A stretch of 64,000 bases of DNA from Macrostomum lignano. Taxonomy: Eukaryota. The first letter of the stretch is position 1. Every line of letters begins with the position of its first letter. Shown here piece after piece: positions 48,322 through 60,377 of the stretch. The notes beneath the pieces are model-generated. The model was not told the DNA's origin. It ran no database searches and saw only the letters and a list, made by a program, of their open reading frames with translations. The stretch lies in assembly GCA_002269645.1 (NCBI GenBank), contig NIVC01000709.1, positions 124,001 to 188,000 on the forward strand, read 5' to 3'. The translations under genes and the position numbers were made by a program.

Positions 48322-51154
48322 TCACAGCTTGGCCTCCCGGCCGCGCACGTGGCGAGCCCGCAGCCGCCAGACGTCCTCGTAGGACAGCTTGGCGTCGGGG
48401 CCAAGACGCTGGCGGACGATTTCGTCAACCTCATCGGCGATCTTCTGCTGATGGGTGCCAGTGACGTCGATGTATTCCACGTGCGCGGAGGCGTAGTGGC
48501 AGGAGATGGCCTTACGGTAGCCCTCAGTCCGGTTCGCGCCGCTGCCGTGGATCAGCAGGGGGTGGAACAGCACCGTGTCGCCGGCGGACATCTCCAGGTA
48601 GGTCAGGGGCAGGGAGCCCGGGTCCAGGTCCACGATGCCGTGGAAGGCTTTGTTCACCTTGCCCTGTGGATTAGGGATTATCGATGAGAACTAGCCTGAT
48701 TAGAGTTTGGATTTGGGGAGGTGAATTAAGATTTGGATTAGTGGTGTCTGTAAATTTTGATTTGGATTAGCCGTGTTTATAAGACCGGGATTTGGATTAG
48801 CCGTGTTTATAAGACTGGGATTTGGATTAGCGGTGTTTTTTAAGAATGGGATTTGGATTAGGAGAACGAGTGTTTAAATGAGAACTTGGAGCATGAAAAT
48901 TTAGATTGGAGAAGAACAAAATAATCCCAGAAAAGCTTTTCAGAATCCCCAAACCTCACCCCCAATTTGGATAATCGTGCGGCAGCAGCCGGCCGTCCAG
49001 GTGCGAACCGGGCACGGCCACCAGGCAGCCGTTGGCCCGCGTGACCGGCTCCAAGGCGGTCCAGGCGCAAACCACCCTGTCCGCCGGGCGGAACGGGAAA
49101 TAGTACAGGTCCTGGTGCAGCGGGTGCCTGCTGCTCAGGGTGCCGCGGTCGGGCGGCTTGCTGATCAGCATTGTGTGCATCGCCGCGACGTCCGGCCCGA
49201 TGATGTCCACGACGTAGTCCAGCACCTGGCGGGAGCGGATATGGATTCTTCAGGAGGCGGATATGGATTCTTCAGGGTGCGGAAACGGATTCTTCAGGGA
49301 GCAGATATGGATTCTTCAGGGAACAGATATGGATTCTTCAGGGAGCAGATATGGGTTCTTCAGGGAGCAGATATGGATTCTTCAGGGGGCAGATATAAAT
49401 TCTTCAGGGAGCAGATATGAATTATTCAGGGAGCAGATATGAATTATTCAGGGAGCAGATATGAATTCTTCAGGGAGCAGATATGAATTCTTCAGGGAGC
49501 AGATATGAATTCTTCAGGGAGCAGATATGAATTCTTCAGGGGGGATATGGATTCTTCAGGGAGAGGATTTGAGTTCCCCAGGGGACAGCTAACAATCGCA
49601 CCTGCGGCAGCTGGCAGTAGGCAAAAAGCCGATCGTCATTCTGGAAGTCCTGCAGCTTGTACACCGCCCGCTCACCGCCGCCGCTGTCGTCCAAGGCGCT
49701 GACGTCGCGCATCACCGTCAGGCCTGGCGGGCGCTGGGCGCCGGCGCAGATTTCCTGGAAACGGGCGCTGCCGACCGGCGGAAAAAATAAATTGTGAAGA
49801 TTTCATAAAAGCAGCTCAGATAAGAAATAACATGTAGCGTTACAGTCCATAGTATCTGGGGCGCCAAGATGAGTATCGGGGGTGCCAAGATGAGTATCAG
49901 GGGCAACAAGATGAGCATTGGGGGTGTCAAGATGAGTATCGGGGGGGGGGGCAAGATGAGTATCGGGGGGGCAAGATGAGTATCAGGGGCAACAAAATGA
50001 GCATTGGGGAGAGGCGCCAAGATGAGCATCGGGGGTGCCAAGATGAGTATCGGGGGAGAGGGGGGGGCAAGATGAGCATCAGGAGGGGGGTGACAAGATG
50101 AGTGTGTCGGGGGGGGCAAGATGAGCATCAGGAGGCGCCAAGATGAGTATCAGGAGGGGGGGGGCAAGATGAGCATCGGGAGGCGCCAAGATGAGTATCA
50201 GGAGGGGGGGGGCAAGATGAGCATCAGGAGGCGCCAAGATGAGTATCAGGAGGGGGGGGCAAGATGAGCATCGGGAGGCGCCAAGATGAGTATCAGGAGG
50301 GGGGGGCAAGATGAGCATCGGGAGGCGCCAAGATGAGTATCAGGAGGGGGGGCAAGATGAGCATCAGGAGGCGCCAAGATGAGTATCAGGAGGGGGGGCA
50401 AGATAAGCATCGGGAGGCGCCAAGATGAGTATCAGGAGGGGGGGCAAGATGAGCATCGGGAGGCGCCAAGATGAGTATCGGGGGGGGGGGCAAGATGAGC
50501 ATCGGGAGGCGCCAAGATGAGTATCAGGAGGGGGGGGGCAAGATGAGCATCGGGAGGCGCCAAGATGAGTATCAGGAGGGGGGGGGGCAAGATGAGCATC
50601 GGGAGGCGCCAAGATGAGTATCAGGAGGGGGGGGCAAGATGAGCATCAGGAGGCGCCAAGATGAGTATCAGGAGGGGGGGGGCAAGATGAGCATCGGGGG
50701 TGCCGAGATGAGTATCTGGGGGGGGCCCAAGATGAGCATCGGGGGGAGGCGCCAAGGTGAGCATAAGGGACACCAAACATGTAGTGAAGGTAGCCAAGAT
50801 AGTTGCTAGATAAAGAAAAGATTTAACGCAGACGCCAAAATACAAGCTGGTTGTCTGAGCCTTTAAAAAGCTTGCATATTTTTAAAAGTGCAGACAAAAC
50901 CCAGGGGTTATTAAAATCGGCAGTTAGATCTGCAGCAAGGGCAGATTGATAAGGAGGATATCAGCTGACTTGGAAGCCAAGGCAAAGAAGGCAAAGTCAG
51001 GTTGCACGCACATGTAATCTCGCACGCAGTGCTCGGGCACCAGGCCTTTCACCACAATAAAGCCGTTCTTTTCGTAGAACAGCCGGTCAGATGGGCTGAG
51101 CTGCCCGCCGCCGACAGAGTATCTGAGTGGCGTCTCTGCCATGCCTGCTGGCAT
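48322..51154 (-). CDS. PHYH: Phytanoyl-CoA dioxygenase (peroxisomal), 4 recognisable exons
   Basis: Exons 51154-51012, 49767-49602, 49225-48960, 48663-48322. Motifs [37 protein letters not shown] (HxD), [26 protein letters not shown]. The exon sum is 1 nt short at the exon 3 donor; an upstream exon is possible. Confidence 0.9.
49236..49562. repeat. 22-bp minisatellite GGGAGCAGATATGGATTCTTCA in a PHYH intron
   Basis: About 15 copies, beginning about 10 nt from the exon 3 boundary. Confidence 0.93.
49858..50760. repeat. Dimeric minisatellite (CAAGATGAGCATC and CAAGATGAGTATC subunits with G-runs) in PHYH intron 1
   Basis: Alternating related subunits, about 46-48-bp higher-order unit. Confidence 0.92.
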
Positions 51155-51229
51155 GCATTCAATGCGATGGAGCCGCTCTCTGATTTATAAACTTAACACA
51201 TCTCAGGGAAAGGTTGCTGGGAGATGGAG

Positions 51230-52070
51230 ACAGGGAGTCTGAGAGGAGGGAGAGGGGGAAGGGGATTTGGGCAAAAGGGCGAAGGGAGAAAGGAGAGCCA
51301 GGGAGAGAATGATGGACAGAGAGGAGTAGGGGAGAGAGAGAGAGGGGAACGAGAGGAGATGGACAAACGCTGAGAGGAAGATGGGGAGAGGGAGTTGGGA
51401 GAGGGAGAGGGGGAGAGGGAGATGGGGAGAGGGAGATGAGGGAGAGGGAGATGAGGGAGAGGGAGATGAGGGAGAGGGAGAGGGGGAGAGGGAGATGGGG
51501 AGAGGGAGATGGGGGAGAGGGAGATGGGGAGAGCGATTAGGGAGATAGGGATAATAGAGGGAGATGAGGGACAGGGAGATGGGGAGAGGGAGATGAGGCA
51601 GAGGGACATGGGGAGAGGGAGATGAGGGAGAGGGAGATGGGGAGAGCGATTAGGGAGATAGGGATAATAGAGGGAGATGAGGGACAGGGAGATGGGGAGA
51701 GAGAGATGAGGCAGAGGGACATGGGGAGAGGGAGATGAGGGAGAGGGAGATGGGGAGAGGGAGAGGGGGAGAGGGAGATGGGGAGAGGGAGATGGGGGAG
51801 AGGGAGATGGGGAGAGGGAGATGGGGAGAGGGAGAGGGGGAGAGGGAGATGGGGGAGAGCGATTAGGGAGATAGGGATAATAGAGGGAGATGAGGGAGAG
51901 GGAGATGGGGAGAGGGAGATGGGGAGAGGGAGAGGGGGAGAGGGAGATGGGGAGAGGGAGATGGGGAGAGGGAGATGGGGAGAGCGATTAGGGAGATAGG
52001 GATAATAGAGGGAGATGAGGGACAGGGAGATAGGGAGAAGGGAGAGGGACATAGGGAGAGGGAAAGTCTG
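51230..52070. repeat. GGGAGA-rich degenerate tandem tract
   Basis: Read directly; recurring GGGAGAGGGAGAT and GCGATTAGGGAGATAGGGATAATAGAG blocks. Confidence 0.92.
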
Positions 52071-52380
52071 ATAGGAAAGATAAGGAGAGGAAGTGCAGGA
52101 TGAAAAGTATATTTCAGCCCAATTTTACTCAATAAAATATAAATGCCGCCAGACAAGGTGAAAAATGCACAGAGGCTCGCAAATAATTTCCAGAGCCTGG
52201 GCTTGGCTGCACTTTTTTATTTATTAATAAAATTTTGCTAAAATTGCACCAGCAGAGCAAACTTTGCCAGAAATGTCATAACAGGCTTAAACAATATCAT
52301 AATTGCAATTTATTTTCATACCGGAAAAGGACTCTACGAAAAGTGAGATTTTAGGCTTAGGTTGGAGGACTTTACAATTC

Positions 52381-53095
52381 AGGAATTCCATGGATAATGA
52401 GGGGAATTCCATGGATAATGAGGGGAATTCCATGGATAATGAGGGAAATTCCATGGATAATGAGGGAAATTCCATGGATAATGAGGGGAATTCCAGGGAT
52501 AACGAGGGAAATTCCTTGGATATTGAGGTGAATTCCATGGATATTGAGGGGAATTCCATGGATATTGAGGGGAATTCCATGGATATTGAGGGGAATTCCA
52601 TGGATATTGAGGGGAATTCCATGGATATTGAGGGGAATTCCATGGATATTGAGGGGAATTCCATGGATATTGAGGGGAATTCCATGGATATTGAGGGGAA
52701 TTCCATGGATATTGAGGGGAATTCCTTGGATATTGAGGGGAATTCCATGGATATTGAGGGGAATTCCATGGATATTGAGGGGAATTCCATGGATATTGAG
52801 GGGAATTCCATGGATATTGAGGGGAATTCCATGAATATTGAGGGGAATTCCATGGATATTGAGGGGGAATTCCATGAATAATGAGAGAAATTCCATGGAT
52901 ATTGAGGGGAATTCCATGGATATTGAGGGGAATTCCATGGATATTGAGGGGAATTCCATGGATATTGAGGGGAATTCCATGGATAATGAGATAATAGATA
53001 ACAAGGGGAATTCCATGAATGAGTAGAATTCCATGGATATTCAAGGGAATTTCGTGGATGAGGGACATTCCATGGATAATGAAGTGAATTCCACT
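52381..53095. repeat. 21-bp minisatellite AATTCCATGGATATTGAGGGG, about 30 copies
   Basis: Read directly; ends about 30 nt from the METTL18 stop codon. Confidence 0.95.
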
Positions 53096-53126
53096 GATAA
53101 TGAGAATGCGATGGAATCAGAACCGG

Positions 53127-54622
53127 TCACCGCCGCCGCCGCAGCTCAAGAATCACTCGGGCCAGAGCCGCCGACTCCGTGCGCATGGCGGTCGAGTGGC
53201 TGAACTGGCCGCGACGGTCGAGGAAGTCGCAAAACAAAGACTCGGAGCCGCCGACGCCGAAGTAGCTGACCTTGGCGGCAACCAGAGCGACACCGTCCGG
53301 GGCCAGCAGATGGCTTAGCGCGTCGTGGAGCTGCTGGTAATAGTCGGGATTGTAAATAGTCTCAGCTGTCAGCACCAGATCGAAGGCGCCGCGCGCCGCC
53401 TCCCAAGCCGCCAGGCCGGCCCAGCTACCGGCCAGGAACTCCAGCTGCGGCGGCCGCGCCAGATCGGCGAGGTTTAACCGGCAGTTCGGCATCGTCCAGG
53501 CTCGGAGCACTTCCGGGTTGAAGTCCTGAGAAGAGAATGAAGTGACAAGGGATAAAAGTGCAAATTTTGTGAACCACTGTGAAACGTCACGGACACCTCA
53601 CCTGAAAGGCCACCTTCACTGGCCGGTGCCTTCTCAGGCAGCTCAGCCCAGGCAGTCCAGCTCCGCAGCCCAGCTCCATCACTCGGAGACCCGGCTGCAG
53701 CTCCGCCTTGTCCAGCAGCCATGTGGCCAAGTCTTCCGAGCACTCCCACAGCTGCAAGCCGCCTTCGTACACGCCGCTTACCTAGCAGTTAGGGAGATGC
53801 TTTTAATTGGTGTCACTCAGTGAGGTTGCTTACCTAGAAGTTAGGGAGATGCTTTTAATTGGTGTCACTCAGTGAGGTTGCTTACCTAGCAGTTAGGGAG
53901 ATGCTTTTAATTGGTGTCACTCAGTGAGGTTGCTTACCTAGCAGTTAGGGAGATGCTTTTAATTGGTGTCACTCAGTGAGGTTGCTTACCTAGCAGTTAG
54001 GGAGATGCTTTTAATTGGTGTCACTCAGTGAGGTTGCTTACCTAGCAGTTAGGGAGATGCTTTTAATTGATGTCACTCAGTAAGGTTGCACACAAACAGA
54101 CTCTCAGTGAGATTGCACACAAACAGACACTCAGTGAGATTGCACACAAACAGACTCTCAGTGAGATTGCTCACATTTAAACAGACTCTCAGTGAGATTG
54201 CACACTTGTAACTTTAGGGGTAAACTGTGGCCTAATTTCTTTCCATTTTCCTCAGTAGCAAATAAAAAAGCAATACCAAAATATAGACTAACCAAGTCTG
54301 TGCTTTGCTCAGAGTCTACAGGCATCAGGTCATTCGCCTTGGCCCATAGGCTGACCTCCTCAGGACAATAGTAGCTGACAGATGCATTGGGGTCAGTTGA
54401 TCCCTTTAGCAGCTGCACTGAGGTCACAACATCATCCTCACAGACTGGCAGTTCATCTAGCTCTAGGCTGAGCTCCTTCAATTGACCTGATGACTTATCT
54501 GATATTAGACCTATAGATTTGCTTTTGTTAGCCTGATTTTCACAGCTAGTTGAAATGCCAAAATTGTCAATATCATTGCCAATATCCTTAGGGTCAATTT
54601 GGAAGTTGAATGAGAAGGCCAT
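53127..54622 (-). CDS. METTL18: Histidine protein methyltransferase 1 homolog, 3 exons, 302 aa
   Basis: Exons 54622-54293, 53781-53602, 53525-53127, all phase 0. Motifs MAFSFNF, DL/VSGVYEGGLQLWECSEDL, VMELGCGAGLPG, FQDFN, FDLVLTAETIYN, AAKVSYFGVGGS. Confidence 0.93.
53777..54088. repeat. 52-bp tandem repeat x6 containing the METTL18 exon 2 splice acceptor
   Basis: Unit CTTACCTAGCAGTTAGGGAGATGCTTTTAATTGGTGTCACTCAGTGAGGTTG; followed by a related 27-bp repeat to about 54205. Confidence 0.93.
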
Positions 54623-55070
54623 TTTTCCTCTGAAATTTTTATACAATTTAAATTTTAAAAAATTATCTTATTACATTTGGCTTGCATTTTGGTCTATAAA
54701 ATTATCAATTTAATTTACAAAATAGCTATTTATTAGAAACTAGGCTTAATTACTCTAGTCTAAACTTTTCTAATATTTAAACTATATACTTACAAGTTAT
54801 ATTGGCCAAACTAAAACTAAAAGTAAGAATATTGTCAAATAAAACCTAGGGCCTAACACTTGGAAATAGTTATTTATTAGAAAGTCTATTTATTTCATTG
54901 TTCTATGGTAAAAGTACACATATAATTATGTTTTTAACATTAATATTTATAATATATATATATATATAAAGTATAACATATTTTACAAATATTGATTTTG
55001 ATAATTTCTAAAGAGTTTGACTAGGGCCTACTTTCTCTAGTATAGCTCTCTTTGATATATTGATAACCTA

Positions 55071-55663
55071 GAATTCTGGTTGTTTTGCCCCAAACTATTT
55101 TGGCCATAGACAGTTCACCCCAGACCATTTTGACCATAAACCAGTTTGGCTATAGGCATTTTGGCCAAAATGGTAATTATGTAATTTAGAGATATAGCCA
55201 TCTTTACATCTTTATTTTCTTTTTTCAATACTAATTTTTAGTTTTAATATATAATAAAATATGATCTAAATTGTTGCTGTAACAATTGTGCTATTGTAAT
55301 TTTTTATTTACAAATTTTATTTACAAAAAAATTGTAAATTATTATAAGTATTTTTAAAAAGTCATTCCTTTTGAAAGTGTGATAACTAAAGCCAATTTTA
55401 ACAATCTGAGGATGAGAAAGGGTTTTGTTTACAAGCAAGGTAAAGCTAGAAATACTAAAAGAATAAGATTTGTCACCAAAATTAAGAATTAAAGCACAAA
55501 GTTTAAAATCATAAAGTTTAAAAATGGTCCATGGCTGAAACTGCCTATGGGTGAAATGGTCTGTGGACAAAACAGTCTGTGGGCAAAATGGTCTGTTGGC
55601 AAAATGGTCTGGGAGCAAAATGTCCAAGGCCAAAATGGTTTATGGGCAAAATGACCAGTTACC
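55071..55663. mobile_element. Foldback-type MITE with inverted arrays of about 15-bp subrepeats
   Basis: Left CTGGTTGTTTTGCCC followed by CATTTTG.CC units; right units GGCAAAATGGTCTG ending GGGCAAAATGACCAG. AT-rich centre; no TSD verified. Confidence 0.6.
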
Positions 55664-57589
55664 ATTTGTCATAAGTATAAATCTAAAAAATTTTGCCTTC
55701 TAGCTAGCTCAGACTATTTTTAATTATAAAGATAGGCTATGGTCCATAGCCATATACTTATGACTGTGTTGTGCATGATTTTTTAAGGTGTAGCTTGTTA
55801 AGCGACAAAAAACTTAAATTAAAAAAATAAGTTTTTAAAAATGTATATATTTGCTAGGCCTATTTATATTAGATGTATTATTAAAAAAGATCTAGAATCT
55901 TATTGAAAAGGCTTAGATATAATTGGATCTAGAACAGAAGCTAAACATGAATGGTGAACCTACTTTATTAAGTTTGTAATTTGGAACCTAAAAGTAAATA
56001 CTATAGGCCTACCAAGTATACCAAGTCGCAAGTGGTAAAGTTCAATATACATTTCTAAGATCGGTCAATAAGCTTAGTATAATAGCTCACTAATTTCTAG
56101 GCCTACAAACTTTGAAATTGTGCACTTTGCAATAGCAGATTTGTAGCGTTTCTTTTATTTTACTAAATCTCAAATTTCTAATCATTTCACATGTAATCAT
56201 TTCAAATGTATTCCACATATATTTCAAGTGAGAAATTTTATTTTTTAAATCGCTCTTTTCTTTAGCCCACATTACTACATGATCTGAAAAGCTCCCATGA
56301 TAAGACATTAGGACTTGCGTTTAGCTAATTAAGTTTTGTTGACTTGAAGCTTTCGAGCTTGATCCCTTGCTGCCCAGGACGTTACGTCCATGCCCATGCA
56401 CGCAAAAGTTTTAAATTAAACAACATTAAAATCTTGGATTGAATACGATGCACGCGCTCGGTGGCACATAAGTCTATTAAATATTTAGTAAGAAATACTT
56501 TATATTTCTTTAATATTATATTTTCTGAAATGTAAATCGCACAGAGTATTTTTAGTAAATTATATCACTGGCACTTTGGTATACTGCATTAATTGTTTCG
56601 TATTATTCAATCGTCGCGTCCCGTCGATAGAGTGGCAGTCAAAAGAATGAGAGACCAATTTGAAAAAAAATGCACACTAACTATAGTTTACGGTAAGAAA
56701 GAAGATAATGACTTATTTTTATTATATCAACAGGATAAGAGAGATCGAGAGATCAAGGAAGGAAGAAACAGGAATTAGAAGAAGCCGAAACGGCGAAACA
56801 GAGGTTTTGCACAACTACTTCATGGGTTGCTTCATGCGCAGAAGCCCTCCATAATTTACGGGTAAATCAACAGTGCGAATTGGATGTACACGTTACAGGC
56901 TAGGTAGAAGAAGGATATATGTACGAGCGTATGGACCCAGAGAGATGAGCAGTGCAGGGTTTGTCTTAGATTGGTTCTTTGACAGGGTTGGAAAGAGCCT
57001 ACATACACAAGTACAAGTACTTTCGACATCTAAGAAGCGAAATCGACTGAAAAAATATTACCTAGGCCCATGGGTTTGCTATAACGTAATAAATGCAGAC
57101 TGAAAACCAACTCTCTTTCCAAATCAACAGCTGCAGATTCCCGCAGATTGCAAAGTCAAGGCAGCATATTAGTAACGACTGGAACTAAACGGTGCTATAG
57201 CTAAACCAAAATCAGAGAAGAGCAGATTCTGCGCTCCCGTTTCTTCCTTCTTTTACAATATTCTCAAAATCTTGCAAGTTCCTTTTGAGGTGGGGGTAGC
57301 CTTCACAACAGTACACATTAGCGCTGTTTGGGGGGACACATGCAGGGCCAGCTGATCCGATAAATTGAAGTCTAGCCCAAAACACTAAACTATAGCCCGT
57401 TGCTAGGTTGGGGTCCGCTCTGCCCTCACAGAATTGGGGATTTTAATGCATTTGTTGAATTTGACGCCCTCTCCTTTCCTAGGCCGCTGCGATCCCCACA
57501 GCTAGTACACTTTTTTGGTCCCAATTGTCTTCCGGCCGGCTCGCTCTCGTCCCGTTGCCAGGCGTGGTCCGCAGTAGCTATCGATCGAT

Positions 57590-57904
57590 TATTGTTCCCC
57601 ACAGGCACCCCATTGCGCCACATCGTCTCACAACCGCTGACTCGTAGTGCGCACATACATGTACACTGCAGTGTAGGCACGCACTCACACGTACTCTGAC
57701 ACAGCTGGGTGTACAGCGACCCTGACATTCTAATCATCTGCTGGGATGTACACTCTAGCTGTGTCTTGGGGTTTGGCCATCATGGCCGCCGGTATAAATC
57801 GCACGGCAACCACGACCAATTTTCGTGCCCAAAAATTAATATAGTCGCTTACAGAATCGAACCAAGGATAACACAGGACAAGGACAAGCGCTGAGCTACC
57901 CGGA
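57590..57904 (-). mobile_element. Diverged tRNA-derived SINE related to the Gypsy-inserted SINE
   Basis: Head GGGTAGCTCAG..GGTTCGATTC, then collinear blocks shared with 15994-16347: ATTAATTT.GGGC, CGGCC.TGA..GCCAA.CCCCAAG, AGTGTACAT, TCGCTGTACAC, GTGTGAGTG.GTGCCT. 3' end uncertain. Confidence 0.65.
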
Positions 57905-58243
57905 CAACACAGCCAGTCATCAAAAAGTCATTGAAGGGCTTTTAAGGGAGATGAGCTCGTCGTTCGTTCGCTCGTACTGAAGTCGACTGAACCTCCAATG
58001 GCCTGGGAGGGCAAAGTATATGAAACAGACGTTGTAGTGATAATGTGTGGACTCAAGAGCTATTTGTTGCCATGGCGCTTCAATTCACAACATTGAGTAG
58101 GAAAGTAAGCTTATAACTGCATCTCATAGCTCTTGAAAACTGCATCAACAGCAGCACTTGTGCCTGTACGAGCTAGAAATTGCTTTTTCGTGAACACTCA
58201 ATCATCCAGAGATACCCAGACCGACAGTTTTAAACCTGAAAGA

Positions 58244-59011
58244 ATGGAATCAACTGTTCCACCGTGCCACCTGATGCAGCTCCTTATAGTCGCGATGCTG
58301 ACTTTGCGCTGCGCCTTCAGCAGTGCCAGCCTGCTGCTGTACAGCCTCACCGATGTCAGCCTGTGCATCAACAGCGAGTTTGTCCAGACGTACTCCAAAG
58401 AGGACAGCAAGATTGGCTGCGCTGCTCTGTGCAGCCGCGACCCCAGCTGCCAAGCGTTCAGCGTGACTGAGGTTCCGTGCCAGCTGTTCGTGTTTGACAA
58501 GTGCAGCAAGTCGGTGAAGAACTGCAGCTGCTCCAGGAGAGGCCGGGTGTTTATGAAATCCCAACAGGGACTTGAGACGGGCGCGCTGTGTCCGTCTGGC
58601 TACGGCATGGACCTGTGCGGAGTGAAGTACAGGCTGTACTCTGGCATCGGGGCTTGGTGGCCGAGCAGACAGAAGTGCGAGTCAGACAGCGGTCTGGTCA
58701 TCATGGCCGACGTGACCAGCGCTGAGGAGATGAGCCATGTCGAGACTATCTTTGTCCACCACAGCTCTAGGAAGTCGTTCTGGCTCGGAGGCTACCAGCA
58801 GCCCGGCAGTCCTGAGCCAGCTGGCGGATTCTTCTGGGTCGGCTGCAACATCAGCGTCAGCCCGAGTGTCTTTGGCAGCACGGAGCCGAACAATCATGGA
58901 GGCGCTGAAAATGCCATCGCAAGATACAGCCTCCTGTCAGCTCTTAGCGACATTCCAGAAAATCTTGGCGTTTCGAGAGTTCTGTGCGAGTGCGTGTCGC
59001 CTTTTGACTGA
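58244..59011 (+). CDS. Secreted PAN/Apple plus C-type lectin domain protein, single exon, 255 aa
   Basis: ATG at 58244; hydrophobic leader LMQLLIVAMLTLRCAFSSA; Apple-like SKIGCAALCSRDPSCQAF..CQL; CTLD CPSGY..W..SRQKC..FWLGG..FFW..EPNN..CE. Confidence 0.85.
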   Translation: MESTVPPCHLMQLLIVAMLTLRCAFSSASLLLYSLTDVSLCINSEFVQTYSKEDSKIGCAALCSRDPSCQAFSVTEVPCQLFVFDKCSKSVKNCSCSRRGRVFMKSQQGLETGALCPSGYGMDLCGVKYRLYSGIGAWWPSRQKCESDSGLVIMADVTSAEEMSHVETIFVHHSSRKSFWLGGYQQPGSPEPAGGFFWVGCNISVSPSVFGSTEPNNHGGAENAIARYSLLSALSDIPENLGVSRVLCECVSPFD

Positions 59012-59997
59012 CATTGCGGCAGGCGTTACATCATTAAGTGAATTTGATTGGAGCCAACAAGCACAATTGACTAAACAGCAGGATACAATTAGTTCGCAAT
59101 TTTAATTACGACTTTACTTGTACGCCAAGCTAATCAATTTACCTAAACCTGTATAATAATTATGCGCTAATTTTGAAACTAACGAAAAGTTTCAAGAACG
59201 AAACTAACGAAAAGGTTGCACAGTTAAACCTATAGCCGCATCTTATCGGTAACTGAGTGCAAAACTTGAGATGAAACTTACAAGAATCTTTTTAAGTGAC
59301 ACTTTTCATCCCTTTCGCTTATATTTTGCCTCTAAAACATAAACGCGTTTCCTACTATTTGCATGAAGTAGTATAGGTTGACATGTTATGTATAGGTAAC
59401 ATAGACACATGCTTAGGTAGATGGTAGATGGAAGCAAGATTGATCAAAAGCTTGAAATTCTTGAGGCTTACGCGCAACCATCGTTTAATGTGCAACTAGC
59501 TGGCAGAGGAGTGGAGCATGAGTTTTAGTACTTTGAGCAGTGTTTTGTTGTTTTGTTGTTTTGTTGTTTTGTGAGTCCACCCAAACCTACAGTTACGTAA
59601 AGCTTCTTTCATGGGTAATTTTTTTAGTAACAGCAAAAACCGAAAGGTACCGCGTGACAATTCAGGGCACAGCTGAATTCGGACATGACATGTTGCATAA
59701 GCTGTCTTCGCTATATATGGAATCGTTAAATACGAGCTATCTCGATGCAGAACTGAGTGCGAAATTAACATGTTGCTTTCTGTAGCTAGCTGTTGTGTGC
59801 AGTGAACTTTTTCGGAAAAAATTTCTACAGTTGGCTACCGGCTACATAGAGCCTGGCAGTGCGTCTATGAATTATTGCGATAAAGCGAAAATAAAAATCT
59901 TTGTTTAACACTCGAGCAGACTTTTTTTGCTGGTGTCCTCGAGTCAAAGGAGCTCAGGAAATATGGAAGTGACACAGTACCTGTGTGTATCTTTACA

Positions 59998-60268
59998 TAA
60001 ATAATAATAATAATAGATAACACCTGCCCGGATTGGGCCAGATGTGCAACCGACAGCTCAGCCGCAGCTATTGCGCGGCGCATCTGAAGGCTGCGTACGG
60101 CTGTTCAGTCCAAGGACTAGGGGGGGCTCTCAATTAAACTGGGTGAGCTGAAGCAGTGCTGAGCTAAGTGTCTTCCTCAAGGAAACAAATTGTTCCAGTG
60201 GGATCGGGAATCGAACCCCCGACCTTCAAGTCGTGAATCAGACGCTCTTACAAATAGGCTACAACTCC
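59998..60268 (-). mobile_element. tRNA-derived SINE with V-SINE-like core and (ATT)n tail
   Basis: GGAGTTGTAGCCTATTTG (A box), GGTTCGATTCC (B box), core CCTTGAGGAAGACACTTAGCTCAGCACTGCTTCAGCTCACCCAG, (TAT)n tail at about 59998-60014. Confidence 0.85.
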
Positions 60269-60377
60269 AACTACGTGATTACGTGTACGAGTACATTTTA
60301 TGCTGTATATAAATTGTAAATACGGGCTGTGTATGCCATACTTTCGCCCCTGCTAATTACTCGAAGAGCCTCTGATC

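Noticed and set aside
56335-56395. CGAAAGCUU, hammerhead-like 3' half on the minus strand
   Set aside because: No CUGANGA core upstream.
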